Origin: Euglena gracilis
Taxonomy: Eukaryota
Direction of reading: 5' to 3'
Length of the DNA: 64,000 nt
NCBI GenBank assembly: GCA_039621445.1
Contig: CP154954.1
Span: 3,415,715 to 3,479,714, forward strand
Shown here: one piece after another, positions 1-13,170 of the stretch
Position numbering within the stretch: the stretch's first letter is position 1
Layout: each line of letters starts with the position of its first letter
Notes under the pieces: generated by a model
The model's input: only the letters and a program-made list of their open reading frames with translations
The model's database searches: none
Told to the model about the DNA's origin: nothing
Program-made: the position numbers and the translations under genes

Positions 1-727
1 TTCGGAATTTTTTTTTTGCCTTGGGCCCAAAGGTGACTAATAGGGGGGGTGACTAACTCGGGGGGGGGGGCATGGTATATACTATACTATATGCTATACT
101 ATATACTATACTATATACTATATTATATACTATACTATGGAGCTGGGGTATCTGGATAGCCGCGGCTAGCCGCGGCTGGCTGGCTGGCAAAAAAAGGAGG
201 AGGACTGGCCAGCCATGGCCAGCCACGGCTGGCTGGGTGGGTTCAGAGGAGGAGGAGGTCTGGCTGGCTTCAGTGTTGAGGATCTAAAAGAGGAGGAGGA
301 GGTCTGGCTGGCCGCGATGGGAAATTTGCCGAAAAAAACCCGCGATCTGGGCAAGTCCGAATTCAAAGTGTTTTCTGCACAAAATGTCAGACCTGCAGTA
401 CGGAGTCATTTGACCTGGGCAAAGTGGCAGCTTTGATTGATATGACGATATATTTGTGTTTGTTGTGGTCATAATGCTGCCTTACTGGTGGCTCCTGATC
501 CACAACCAGCTGTGGTCCCCACTAGGTTGAACTATCAACATCCATCTGGCTCTGGCCTGGTGGCCCCCCCATGGCCCACGTGCAAGTTTAATTGTCACTA
601 GCAGATTCAATTGCATGTTTTCTTCCCTGGTTCTGTGCTTTGCCATTTTATGGGAGAAGGGGGTCCAGGCAAGAGATCTCAGAAAACTCCCTACCTCATT
701 TTCCCATGACCATGTTCCACCAGTCTG

Positions 728-898
728 CAGGGTTCCCGTTTTTTTGTTTTAAAACAAAGCAAAAAAACTTTCATGAATAAAAAACGGTTTAAAAACGGTT
801 TTTTGCTTTAAAAAGGGGTGTTATTTTTAAATAAAACACCACAAATAGGAAAAAAACCTGTTTTAAACAACGTGTTTAAAAACAGCCCGGGAACCCTG
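728..898. mobile_element. hAT-like MITE
   Basis: 11-bp TIR CAGGGTTCCCG/CGGGAACCCTG flanked by an 8-bp TSD CCAGTCTG (720-727, 899-906). Confidence 0.9.
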
Positions 899-1862
899 CC
901 AGTCTGGGGGGGATGTGGTTTTGTGGTTTCCATCACGAGTTTTGGCGGGTTTTAATTTTCGGCTATGTTTTGCCTTGCCCTGGGAAAAGCTCCTTCAAAC
1001 AGTTTTTTTTTCAGCCCAGGCACAGCATTCACCTCCCTCCCCCAGTTTGGTGCCACATCTTGTCCACAGATTGGGGAAACATTTTGGTCCAGTTGATCGC
1101 CTCAATTTGCAGTTTGTTTCACAACTTTGGGCCACTTTGGTGCACGCACCTTTGGTGCCACAGGTGGGCAACCTTTTTCCACATCTTGGTCACATTTTGG
1201 CTCCATTTTCCTGGCACATCTTGTGCACAGGTGTGGACCACAACTCTTGGCCACAGATGGGGGAAACCTTTGACTTTTGTGTCTGCCTTGGGCACCCACT
1301 TGGGGCCAGTTTGGTTTGACCCTCGACGACGAAAAGGGAGGGAAACTGGGTTGGCGTTCCATACTGGACCAGAGTTCCCTTTCAGCGAAGCCGAAGACCA
1401 CCTGATTCTGAAGAACAAAAAAAACACAAAATCTTTTGGTCTCTAAAATTAAAAAAAAACGAGTTTTAAAAGACAAATGATGAAGATACCGGGCCCTGTG
1501 TGATGCGCGCTCAATTGGGATTAAGGGGAATAATTTGAAGAAAATTCCGAAAATTCAAGAAGACACCAGAAACACAAAGAGTTCAGAGAGTTGACGTATC
1601 ATGAAAAGATGCCAAGGACTGCAAGGTGGCCATGAGGCCAAAGTCAGGGAAGGCCGGAAGACTGTAGCACCCAGAAAAGGAGACATTTTGAATGGGCCAG
1701 ATTTGGCAATCTCAAAAGGTATTTCAATTGCGTCTTCAGTCAAAGAGTTCAGGTTTTTTGTCACCTGAAACAAAATGCACAGTTCTGGGGCTTTTGCCTG
1801 GGAAATTAGGAACAGAGAATCTTAATTTGTCTGGTTTCGTTTGCCAGCGCCCCCCGCCGCCA

Positions 1863-2165
1863 ACGGGCACACACCAAGGATGCCCTATGGGCCCCATTTG
1901 TTTCTCACTCGTATTACAGGAAATTATGGAAAAAATACGAAACGACACAGGCCTGTTGGGAGTGCGTGGTATTTGAATGATGGGGAACTCATCGGTCAAC
2001 CAGAAAGTATTAATGCTGCAGTACAACTCTTGAAGGACCTGGGCCCAACAGTGGGCCTACACCTGAACCCGCAAAAGTGCATCACCTGGGGTCCCTGTGG
2101 TGCAGAAATTGCTGCAAAGCACAACATGACCCACAAACAATGGCAACCGGGGGAGGGAATCAAAG
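1863..2165 (+). pseudogene. Non-LTR retrotransposon RT fragment, CRE/SLACS-like, frameshifted
   Basis: TGTHQGCPMGPICFSLVLQE...SAWYLNDGELIG...GLHLNPQKC corresponds to the QGxP, YxDD (here YLND) and GLxLNxxKC motifs. Frameshift near 1958 relative to the copy at 12868. Confidence 0.8.
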
Positions 2166-5100
2166 GGGGTTTTAGGGACGCGGGGGGGACCCGGGGGGGG
2201 GGGACGCGGGTGGGGGGGACGCGGGCAGAACACCTTCGGGATGTTGTTTAACGTAACCCCCCCCTATTTGTCACCCCCCCTGATAGTCGCCCCCCCTTGG
2301 TGGGGCGACAATTAGGGGGGGTTACCCATGGACCCATGGACATGTAGGGTAAATTGAATACCCCGCTCCGCCCCCCCCCTAATTGAAATACCCCCCCCAC
2401 TAATAGTCACCCAATGGGCGCGGTCAATAGTCGCCAAGTGCGAAAGTGGGTCAAAACGCTGCAGGGGGGCCGCTGCCATATATAGGGGGGAAGGGGGGTC
2501 ACGTTACCATGCCCCCCCCGAGCTATTCACGTCCACAGGACCCTTTACGGCCCAATGGGAACAGTACGGGGGGGGGAACAGCTAGGGGGCGGGGACAGAG
2601 GTATTCCTCATTGACCCGCCCCTCTTCGAGCACACCCAAAACGAGGCGACATTTTGGCAACTGTTTTGGATGCCTCGCAAAAAATGGTTCAATTTTATGC
2701 ACAGTTGCCAAAAGCTCGGCGTGGGGGGATAGCTCGTGGGGATACTCGGGGGGGTGGGGGGGGCATGGTTAGATGGACAAAATCCAAATACTAACCATTT
2801 TTGACCACTTTCTTTGAAGTTCTTTATAAAGATTTTTACTATATTGTCCGGTCGGGCCTCCCGGGGAGGTCGGTGGGACAATAAGGGCGGGGGGGGGGGG
2901 CGGGGAAATTTCCATCATTGACGAAGGGAGGCAAAAAAAATAATGGTCTGTATGACTCTGGCACAGACTGCAGCATGGACTTCCTTCGGAACGTCGTGAA
3001 GACAAAATGGGAAAAGTGGACAGGTTATGGGGCACTGCAGTCATTGTGGAAAAAGTACGGCCCCAAAGAATTTTTTGGACAAGAGCTCGGGCTCGCAGAT
3101 GGGGCGTACAGTGGCAACTGCCGCCTGGTTGGCCCTTTCGGAAACCCCCCAACAAGGCTCTTCCCACCGCAAGCATTGTTCGGCATTGAAAAAAATCTGC
3201 GAAAAACATGGCGCAAATCGGGACGCGGGGGGACGCGGGGGGGACGCGGGGGGGACGCGGGGAGAAAACCCCCAAAGTATTGGGTTTACCGATCAAAAAC
3301 CGGGTGGAACAGGCTTGCCGAGCCCAGGGTTAAAAAGTGGAAATTTTCTGCGCCGGATTTAGAGGGAAAGGTTTTCATGCCTTTGGGCTTCAACTGTCGT
3401 CTGCTCTGCCCTCAACGTGTAGATTTCCATTTGCGACCCGCACTGCCCTTACCGAAAAGTGCAAAGGGTATTTCCCCCGACTCGGGGGCGGCGCCGGCGG
3501 GGGAGGGAGCCGGCGGGGGCAAGTAAGCTTAGGCACCAAAAGAGGAGGAGGCACCCCAGCCACGGCCAGCCGCGGCTGGCCATGGCTGGTGGCTGGAAAA
3601 AAGAGGAGGAGGAGGTCTGGCTGGTGGCTGGAGAGAAAAAGAGGAGGAGGGGGTCTGGCTGGTATCTGACTGGCCGTGGGGCCTCCTATATACTATACTA
3701 TATACTACACTATATACTATACTATATACTACTATATATATAGTATATAGTATATAGTATATACTATATACTATACTATATACTATACTATGGGGGCGGC
3801 TGGCCATCCGTCCGTCCGAGCCGTCCGGACCTCTTCAGCCGGACCAATGCTGAACGCCCAGCCTTCCGTCCGGACGAAGCATTTTTTCGCCAGCCTTCCG
3901 TCCAGCCGGACCTATGTCTGTCTTGCCAGCCGGCCGGACCAAAATAAAATTTTTCCTTGCTGTCGAAAAAGCAGTCACGGCTTCCCTCCACTCTTCGCGT
4001 CAAATCAAGATGGCCGCGGCTGGGGCGCCTCCACCTTTTTTTAGTGGCCTAAAAAATTATATAGGGCACGACGCAATCTCGGTTTCATCCACCGCGGCGG
4101 ATTAGTCAACAGCACCAAAAGACTGCGCCGGAAGAACTGGAATAGGGGGTAAGTCGACCCCACTACACACCCACCACAACATTTTCACCGTTTTCGGGAA
4201 AACGGGGATTTTGCCCAGAAAAGTTTTTTGAAAAATAAAACCCAAAAACACGTGATTTTTGATGGAAAAAAACTTTTTTCACAAAAAACCTCAAAGTTTT
4301 CCGTCCTAAAAACTCATACTTTTCAGGAGGGGGTCAATAAAGTAAACAAACTTTTGGCACAGTCAAATTTCACTGACATTTTTCTCGTTGAACAACACAT
4401 ATTTTGCCCAAAAAAATGAAACAAAACGCTTTTCTGGACCTCCCTTTCCAAGAGAATGGTACCCAAACAACTCGTTTCTGAGAGAATCCTGTGGCTCAAA
4501 ACTGGCCACCACATCTAGCCCAAAACTGGATGAACATCTGGCCCAATCTGGCCCATAAAAAAGCCATGACATCGCAAAAAATGTGAAATGGAAAATTTTG
4601 GCCGTTTGCCAGATTGAAAAACTTCTCCCAATTTTGGTTTCCAAGAACATTTGTCGAACAGCATAACAAGAACAATAAAGAACGCAAGAAACAAAAATGG
4701 AAGTTTCAGAAGAAAACCAGCATCTAAGGACAAAATGTCTGTGCAGTCTCTCTTCAGACTTCTGATCCAAGTAGCAAGTACCAAGCAGAAAATAAGTAGA
4801 CCCACCAAGGGCCTGTCACCGTGTTGCAGGCAGGCCTCTGCTCGCTCGAATGTGTATTTGTTCAGAGCAAAGGCCTGCATGTGGTGATGTGCCCTTTCCA
4901 CAAAGCAATAAGTTCCTGTAAATTCACTTCATTTCAGCACCCTGTACTATCATCATAGCCATCCCACACCTCTTCCACCCGAAACGGCATTGTGACACTG
5001 AAGGAGAACGATTGGGAATGCAAGCATTTTTTTGCGTGTGGTGATTCATAATTTCTTCAGAGGAAGCGTAGGCTGGGGATCTTTGATGTGCCCTATGAAT

Positions 5101-5243
5101 CAAATTAACTAGAACAGAAGAAATTTGCACACTACAACATTCAAAATGTGGTATTTTTTCGAGATTTGGTGTTCGAAACTTTCTTCGTCCATCTTCATTT
5201 ATGGACTGGTCCTTTTCCTCTTTTGATATTTCAATGTGTATCG

Positions 5244-5315
5244 TGCACACAGTATAATTGGTGTGGCATGCAGTTCGCAACCGTGAGCTCGCGGGTTCAA
5301 ATCCCGCTGTGTGCA
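5244..5315 (+). ncRNA. tRNA-like element (pseudo-tRNA or SINE head)
   Basis: TGCACACA/TGTGTGCA terminal stem and T-arm GCGGG-TTCAAAT-CCCGC (B box); D and anticodon arms are degenerate. Confidence 0.55.
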
Positions 5316-8301
5316 AGTTTTCATCATTGTAAAATGTCTTTTTTTGCACCGAGCACCCATAATTAGGACTTCCCAGTTCGCGACAAGAACAAAAAAAAGC
5401 CACATGCGCTTCCAAAGACCCAGCCGGCAAGCGGGCCAGCCGGCCAGCCGGCCAGCCGGCCAGCCGGCTAGCCGGCTAGCCGGCTAGCTGGACCAACTGC
5501 ATTTTCTTCAGCCGTCTGGACCAAGGCCACAACTTCAGCCGTCCGTCCGGACCTTCGCTTTTTTCACCAGCCGTCCGTCCGTCCGTCCGTCCGCCTCCTA
5601 TGTACTATACTATAACGTGACCCCCCCTATTTGTCACCCCTCCCTGATAGGGGGGGTACAATATGGGGGGGCATGGTGGTATAGTATAGTATAGCATAGC
5701 ATATAGTACAGTACCATGCACCCCCCCTAGCTATCCCCCCCCGAGCTATTCCCATTGGGGGTACGGGAATAGCTCACTGTCATAGCACTTTTTATAAAGA
5801 ACTTCCAAAGAAAGTGGTCAAAAATGGAAGTTTTTGGACCATTTTCAAAAATCACCTTTTGGCAAATGTGCACAAAATTGACTATTTTTTGTGAACATCC
5901 AAAAAAGTTGCCAAAATGACCCCTTTTTGGTTGCCCGAGGGTCGGGTATGGGAATAGCTCGGGGGGGGACCTAGGTCCCCCCCCCGAGCTGTCCCCCCCC
6001 GTACTGTTCCCATTAGGCCGGAAAGGGTCCCGGGACGGGAATAGCTCGGGTCGGTGGGCATGGTATATAGTATAGCATATAGTATAGTGTATAGTATGCA
6101 TATAGGGGGGTCGGCACGCCGTGGCGAGCCGTCCGGCAAGGGGGGGGGGAGGTAGGTTTTTGGCATGGCGAGGGGGTCCCGGATGGGGGGCAAGTGGTGC
6201 GCGGGAGTTTTCCAAGAAAATTTTCTTTGGCGCGGCTGACATGGCGTGGCGAGGGGGTCTGAAAAGGGGGGGGGGGAGGGGGTGTAAAATGGCGTGGCGA
6301 GGGGGTCGGTGAGGGGGGGGGGGAAGGGGTGTGCCCCCATACCCCCCATAGTAGAGTAACGTGACCCCCCCCTATATGGCACCCCCCCGGGAGCGTTTTG
6401 ACCCCCCCTGGCGACTATAAGGGGGGGTGACAATTAGGGGGGGGTTACTCAATTCACCCCACATTTCCATGGGTCCATGGGCAACCCCCCCCTAATTGTC
6501 GCCCCCCAAGGGGGCATTTTCCGGGGGGGAGGTACATCATGGGGGGGTACAATATGGGGGGGGGCCAAGGTCATGGTCCATGGTTGGGGGGTACCCCATG
6601 GGGGGGTACATTATGGGGGGGGTACAATATGGGGGGCTGGCATGGTATATACTATACTATATACGATACTATACTGGCATTGGGAAAATTTCCGAAATTC
6701 AGTTTAATTTCCGGAAATTGGAAACTTCCAGAAATTTCCGGAAATTTCAAGAATCCCGAAATTAGGATTTTTTGACCCAAATTCTCTTCTCCCCAGATGC
6801 CAAGGCTACAAAGTGGACTTCAACTTTATAAATGACGTTATGGGAAAGTCATTGACTGCAACACTGTGACAACCTGCCACAGATGAGGCGAAAGAAAGTT
6901 GAGGAGATATTGGTGAAAACTTTGAGTCGGATTTGCATTGTCAAGCTCCCCATGACAAAGGTTTGCCAAACAATTCTGCCAGTGAATGTTCATTTTTCTC
7001 TGCTATAAATCTCACAGTTGTTGAAGTTTATTGGAAGGACATGATGATGAGTCATTGGAAAGATTGATAATCTGGACCTGAGCATGTCCCTGCAAAACTG
7101 CTCCATTTTGTATTCGTTGCGGAGACAACGTTTGTATTTTCTGATTCTTGTAGCTGTGACTAGAAGCTGGAAGGTTTCGTTTGTCCGTCCTTTTTGTTTG
7201 CAAAATGGTGTTCTGGTGCATTCTGATGTTGTTTTGGTGGCCAGTTTTGGGCTGGACCCAAAACTGGGCAGCACATCTGGCCCAAAACTGGCCAGCAAAT
7301 CTGGCCAGTTTTGGGCCCGATGTGCTGCCCAATTTTGGGTGGCCAATTTTGGGCCTCAGGTCGTGGCAGTTTTGGACCACAGGGGGTGTCTGGGGGGCGG
7401 ACGGACGGACGGACGGACGGCTGGTGAAAAAAGCGAAGGTCCGGACGGACGGCTGACCTTGTGGGCTTGGTCCAGACGGCTGAAGAAAATGCACTTGGTC
7501 CAGCTAGCCGGCTGGCCGGCTGGCCGGCTGGCCGGCTGGCTGGCTGGCCTGCCGGGTCTTTGGAAGCGCAGGCGTCGCAGTGCACGCGACTCTGGGCGGA
7601 TATATACGAATTTTGCCATGGCCTCTGTGAGGCCACGCAACTGTGCGGACGGACGGACGGACGGACGGACGGCTAGAGAAAATTCCATTCATCACGCGCG
7701 GACGGAAAGTGAAGGTTTTCTTCTGGACATTTATGTGACATCTTTCATGCTACATCTGGCACATTTCATTGTTCATATTTTGGATGATGAATGGGAGCCA
7801 CAGGGATTTAGTTCATGATTGAGTAAATGATGCTCATTTGGTTCATTTTACACAGGACATTGAGATTAAGACAGAGTTGATTTCAATGGAAAGAATTCAA
7901 GTCAAAGACTCAATTAACAAAGTGGATTTGAATTGAAAGAAGTTTTGAGACTGACCAAGTGTTTTGAAGTCAATTGAAGGTGTGCCTTTTTTCAAATGAG
8001 AAGTTTGTTGAAGATGCTTGAAGGTTCCTTTGCAAGCAACGGTTCCACCTTAATTGGTTTGTGCGACCTTGATTTTTCTGTTGTCCATGTTCTTGTGTGT
8101 TAGTTTTAAGTTTTTGAAGCTTTTTTGATGAAATTTGTGATGGTCAGTTTTGGACCGGTGGGTGATTTTGTTCCAAACAAATAGCCAAAAATGGCCAAAA
8201 ACGGGCAGTTTTTGCCACTTTTTGGGGGGTCACACGCACAAGTCGACATCTCTCTATTTATGAAAATAATTTTCATAAAAGTACACGGACGAGAATGGTA
8301 T

Positions 8302-8374
8302 CGCCCCGTGGCATAGTGGTTGTGTGGTTAGCGTGTGACCGGTAGGTCGCGGGTTCGAATCCCGTTGGGGGGCA
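8302..8374 (+). ncRNA. tRNA-like element with pol III A and B boxes
   Basis: A box TGGCATAGTGG, B box GGTTCGAATCC, T-stem GCGGG/CCCGT, GCCCC/GGGGC acceptor-like stem. The anticodon loop lacks U33, so it is not called a functional tRNA. Confidence 0.65.
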
Positions 8375-9009
8375 AATATGTGCTGTTCAACGAGAAAAAT
8401 GTCAGTAAAATTTGACTGGGCCAAAAGTTTGTTTACTTTATTGACCTTCGTTTATTGCACCCCCCTCCTCAAAAGTATGAGTTTTAAGGACGGAAAATTT
8501 TGAGGTCTTTTGTAAAAAAAAGTTTTTTTCCATCAAAAATCACGCGTTTTTGGGTTTTTTATTTTATTTTTATTATTTTTTCAAAAAAAATTTGGTTTCC
8601 CCGAAAACGGTGAAAACGTTGTGCTGGGTGTGGAGGGGTGTCGACTTACCCCCCCCTTCCGGTTCTTCCGGCGCAGTTTTTTGGTGCTGCCAAGAAATAT
8701 GTTGCAAATGTTCATCCACCCGCAAAATAAATAGCCTCGTCTTGCGCAGCACCAGGAAAAACAGAAGGCAGGGACGATTTCTTGATGTGACGCGACGAGT
8801 GGAGGGAGGCCGTGACTGCTTTTCGGAAGGAAGGCAATTTTTTTTTTTGGGTCTGGCCGGCTGGCAAGACAGACAGTGGTCCGGCTTGACGGACGGCTGG
8901 CGAAAAAATGCTTCGTCCGGACGGACGGCTGGGCGTCCAGCATTGGTCCGGCTGAAGAGGTCCGGACGGCTCGGACGGACGGACGGCAAGCCGCCCCCTG
9001 TACTGTACA

Positions 9010-9255
9010 TAGTATAGTTATAGTATAGCATAGCATAGCATAGTATAGTATAGTATAGTATAGTGTGGTATAGTATAGTATAGTATAGTATAGTATAGTG
9101 TAGTATAGTATTGTATAGTATAGTTTTGTATAGTATAGTATAGTATAGTATGGTATAGTATAGTATAGTATAGTATAGTATAGTATAGTATAGTATAGTA
9201 TAGTATAGTATAGTATAGTATAGTATAGTATAGTATAGTATGGTATAGTATAGTG
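9010..9255. repeat. (TAGTA)n pentanucleotide microsatellite
   Basis: Direct reading. Confidence 0.98.
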
Positions 9256-11732
9256 TAGAAAAGCATGTAGTATAGTACATAGCTGGCACTTCGTTGAAAA
9301 CGAAGTCAAAAAAAACACGTTTTTTTAAAAAAAACACGTTTTTTTTTAAAAAAAACATGTTTTTTTATAAAAAAACACAAAAAAACGCCATTGAGGGTCC
9401 AGGGCAAAAAAAATGCCTTTAATTTTAGCTTTTTTTGCCCATCCTCCATCAGAGAAAGACCCCAAATTTGGGATGTTTCAAGTTAATTTGGAATGGTTTC
9501 CCTATTTTGACCATTCTTGTTGAAGACAACCAAAAGTATTGGTTTTGAGGCTCAACCGACTGAAAAGACAAACTTTTATTGAAAAGACAGAGTGCCCCCA
9601 GAAAAAGTTTCTCAGAAAAAGTTTCATTTTGGGAAAAGAATCCATCCTGAGCTGAATAGAGATGTGCGAACTGTGTCAGATGTTGCACAAATGATGTCAC
9701 AGAAATGTCCAGAAGAAAACATTCACAGGATTTGTTGGAATATTGTCTTGAAATACTTGTGAACACATGCCACAGACAAATGAAACGATGCAAAATGAAG
9801 CCACAGATGCATGGAGGCATGTCACATCAAGTGACCAAGTGGTCCCAAAACTAAGAAAAAAAGGTTGCCATTACATTGCAAGAAAATAGACAAACAAAAA
9901 ACCATCGAGTTTCTAGGCACAGCAACAGGAATCAGAAAACACACACAACAACAGCAACAACATGGAGCAGCTTTTTTTAGCAGGGACATGCTCAGGTCCT
10001 GATTAGCATCTTCCAATAAAGTTCATCCCACCTCAAGCTAAGTCAGGTTGGGGAAATTCTCCACACCTGTAAAGATTCTTGAAACCGTGTTTGGGCCGAT
10101 TTCGAGACTTTAAACGTCTTAAATCTTCGTCCAAAACACGGTTTCTATATCGAGAACTGTGTCCCAGACGCCGGTTCGGGCGGGAAACCTGCCGCCCTAC
10201 CGCCCCTACCGCCCTACCGCCCTACCGCTAGGGGCGACCACGGCGCCTTCGGCGCCGCGGTCCCCGCCCCTGGGCTCCCCCTAACTCTTGGCCCAAACAC
10301 AGTTCTTGACACAGAACACAGTCTGTTCCTCAGCTTGGCGTTGGTCTTGACTTGTAACTTGAATTTGAAACTTGATCTTGATAACATAAACTTCAGAAAC
10401 ACATCCTTGTAACTTGAACCCCTCCGAGTTTCACTTCTCAGACATCTGCTGTGAGAAACGCTTCTTTACTAGGGCACGTTGCCTGCCTGCGGCAGTTGGA
10501 GCATGCCTGGAGAAAAATAAGGAATGGGGATTGTTACCGCAATTTGGGTAACATCGCGGGGTTTATTAACGCGGGGTCTATTAGCACGCTTCGGCCGTGG
10601 AGCGCGCGGTAATATAGCGCGCCTAAAATGGCCGCGTTTAAGCCCGAGCGGGAATTACCCACCCGCGGTAATTGTCGGTCCCTAGTATATAGTATAGTGC
10701 ATAGTTTAGTACATAGGGGGGGTCGGCACACCCCTCCCCCCCCCCTCATCGACCCCCTCGCCACGCCATTTTACCCCCCCTCCCCCCCCTTTTCAGACCC
10801 GCTCGCCACGCCATGTCAGCGTGGAAGGGAAATTCCGCCAGGGTGACCAATAGGGGGGGGGGGTGACTAACTTGGGGGGGGGGAGCAATTTTTGCCCAAA
10901 TTTTGCCCCCCACCCAAAGTCTTGGGGGGTTTCAAGGTTGTTTTTGGGAATTCCAGGGCACTTTTCATGGATGCCAACAAGGCGTTTTTTTCACAGAAAA
11001 ATATTTCCCTTCGGAATTTTTTTTGCCTTGGGCCCAAAGGTGACTAATAGGGGGGGTGACTAACTCGGGGGGGGGCATGGTATATACTATACTATATGCT
11101 ATACTATATACTATACTATATACTATATTATATACTATACTATGGAGCTGGGGTATCTGGATAGCCGCGGCTAGCCGCGGCTGGCTGGCTGGCAAAAAAA
11201 GGAGGAGGACTGGCCAGCCATGGCCAGCCACGGCTGGCTGGGTGGGTTTAGAGGAGGAGGAGGTCTGGCTGGCTTCAGTGTTGAGGATCTAAAAGAGGAG
11301 GAGGAGGTCTGGCTGGCCGCGATGGGAAATTTGCCGAAAAAAACCCGCGATCTGGGCAAGTCCGAATTCAAAGTGTTTTCTGCACAAAATGTCAGACCTG
11401 CAGTACGGAGTCATTTGACCTGGGCAAAGTTGCAGCTTCGTTTGATATGACGATATATTTGTGTTTGTTGTGGTCATATTGCTGCTTTACTGGTGGCTCC
11501 TGATCCACAACCAGCTGTGGTCCCCACTAGGTTGAACTATCAACATCCATCTGGCTCTGGCCTGGTGGCCCCCCCATGGCCCACGTGCAAGTTTAATTGT
11601 CACTAGCAGAATCAAATGCATGTTTTCTTCACTGGTTCTGTGCTTTGCCCTTTTATGGGAGAAGGGGGTCGAGGCAAGAGATCTCAGAAAACTCCCTACC
11701 TCATTTTCCCATGACCATGTTCCACCAGTCTG

Positions 11733-11902
11733 CAGGGTTCCCGTTTTTTTGTTTTAAAACAAAGCAAAAAAACTTTCATGAAAAAAACGGTTTAAAAACG
11801 GTTTTTTGCTTTAAAAAGGGGTGTTATTTTTAAAGAAAACACCACAAATAGGGAAAAAAACCTGTTTTAAACAACGTGTTTAAAAACAGCCCGGGAACCC
11901 TG
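11733..11902. mobile_element. hAT-like MITE (duplicated copy of 728-898)
   Basis: Same TIR and the same CCAGTCTG TSD. Confidence 0.9.
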
Positions 11903-12867
11903 CCAGTCTGGGGGGGATGTGGTTTTGTGGTCTGCATCACGAGTTTTGGCGGGTTTTAATTTTCGGCTATGTTTTGCCTTGCCCTGGGAACAGCTCCTTC
12001 AAACAGTTTTTTTTCAGCCCAGGCACAGCATTCTCCCCCCTCCCCCAGTTTGGTGCCACATCTTGTCCACAGATTGGGGAAACATTTTGGTCCAGTTGAT
12101 CGCCTCAATTTGCAGTTTGTTTCACAACTTTGGGCCACTTTGGTGCACGCACCTTTGGTGCCACAGGTGGGCAACCTTTTTCCACATCTTGGTCACATTT
12201 TGGCTCCATTTTCCTGGCACATCTTGTGCACAGGTGTGGACCACAACTCTTGGCCACAGATGGGGGAAACCTTTTGACTTTTGTGTCTGCCTTGGGCACC
12301 CACTTGGGGCCAGTTTGGTTTGACCCTCGACGACGAAAAGGGAGGGAAACTGGGTTGGCGTTCCATACTGGACCAGAGTTCCCTTTCAGCGAAGCCGAAG
12401 ACCACCTGATTGTGAAGAACAAAAAAAAACACAAAATCTTTTGGTCTCTAAAATTAAAAAAAACGAGTTTTAAAAGACAAATGATGAAGATACCGGGCCC
12501 TGTGTGATGCGCGCTCAATTGGGATTAAGGGGAAGAATTTGAAGAAAATTCCGAAAATTCAAGAAAACACCAGAAACACAAAGAGTTCAGAGAGTTGACG
12601 TATCGTGAAAAGATGCCAAGGACTGCAAGGTGGCCATGAGGCCAAAAGTCAGGGAAGGCCGGAAGACTGTAGCACCCAGAAAAGGAGACATTTTGAATGG
12701 GCCAGATTTGGCAATCTCAAAAGGTATTTCAATTGCGTCTTCAGTCAAAGAGTTCAGGTTTTTTTTCACCTGAAACAAAATGCACAGTTCTGGGGCTTTT
12801 GCCTGGGAAATTAGGAACAGAGAATCTTAATTTGTCTGGTTTCGTTTGCCAGCGCCCCCCGCCGCCA

Positions 12868-13170
12868 ACGGGCACACACCAAGGATGCCCTATGGGCCCC
12901 ATTTGTTTCTCACTCGTATTACAGGAAATTGTGGAAAAAATACGAAACGACACAGGCCTGTTGTGGAGTGCGTGGTATTTGAATGATGGGGAACTCATCG
13001 GTCAACCAGAAAGTATTAATGCTGCAGTACAACTCTTGAAGGACCTGGGCCCAACAGTGGGCCTACACCTGAACCCGCAAAAGTGCATCACCTGGGGTCC
13101 CTGTGGTGCAGAAATTGCTGCAAAGCACAACATGACCCACAAACAATGGCAACCGGGGGAGGGAATCAAA
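12868..13170 (+). pseudogene. Non-LTR RT fragment, CRE/SLACS-like (second copy, in one frame)
   Basis: ORF 12697-13254 contains QGCPMGPICF...LWSAWYLNDG...GLHLNPQKCITW; the catalytic YxDD is mutated to YLND. Confidence 0.8.

Larger units (their letters stand above)
1..2257 (+). repeat. Copy A of a segmental duplication (matches 11010-13260)
   Basis: Near-identical by direct reading, from TTCGGAATTTT...GCCTTGGGCCCAAAGG to ...GTTGTTTAACGTAAC; the ORF track repeats the same peptides about 11 kb apart. Confidence 0.97.
3687..9255. repeat. Large imperfect nested inverted-repeat (foldback-like) structure
   Basis: 3790-4409 is a diverged reverse complement of 8370-8998, and 5405-5596 of 7394-7572. 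Outer ends are (TATAC)n on the left and (GTATA)n on the right; both arm pairs carry (GTCC)n/(GGAC)n motifs. Confidence 0.8.

Noticed and set aside
8302-8374. Functional tRNA-Thr(CGT)
   Set aside because: No U33, poor D-stem, acceptor mismatch, and embedded in a repeat; kept only as tRNA-like.
10159-10386. Possible solo LTR (TGT...ACA with a TTGAA-rich tail like the main LTR)
   Set aside because: No TSD or second copy in the window; the similarity is only compositional.
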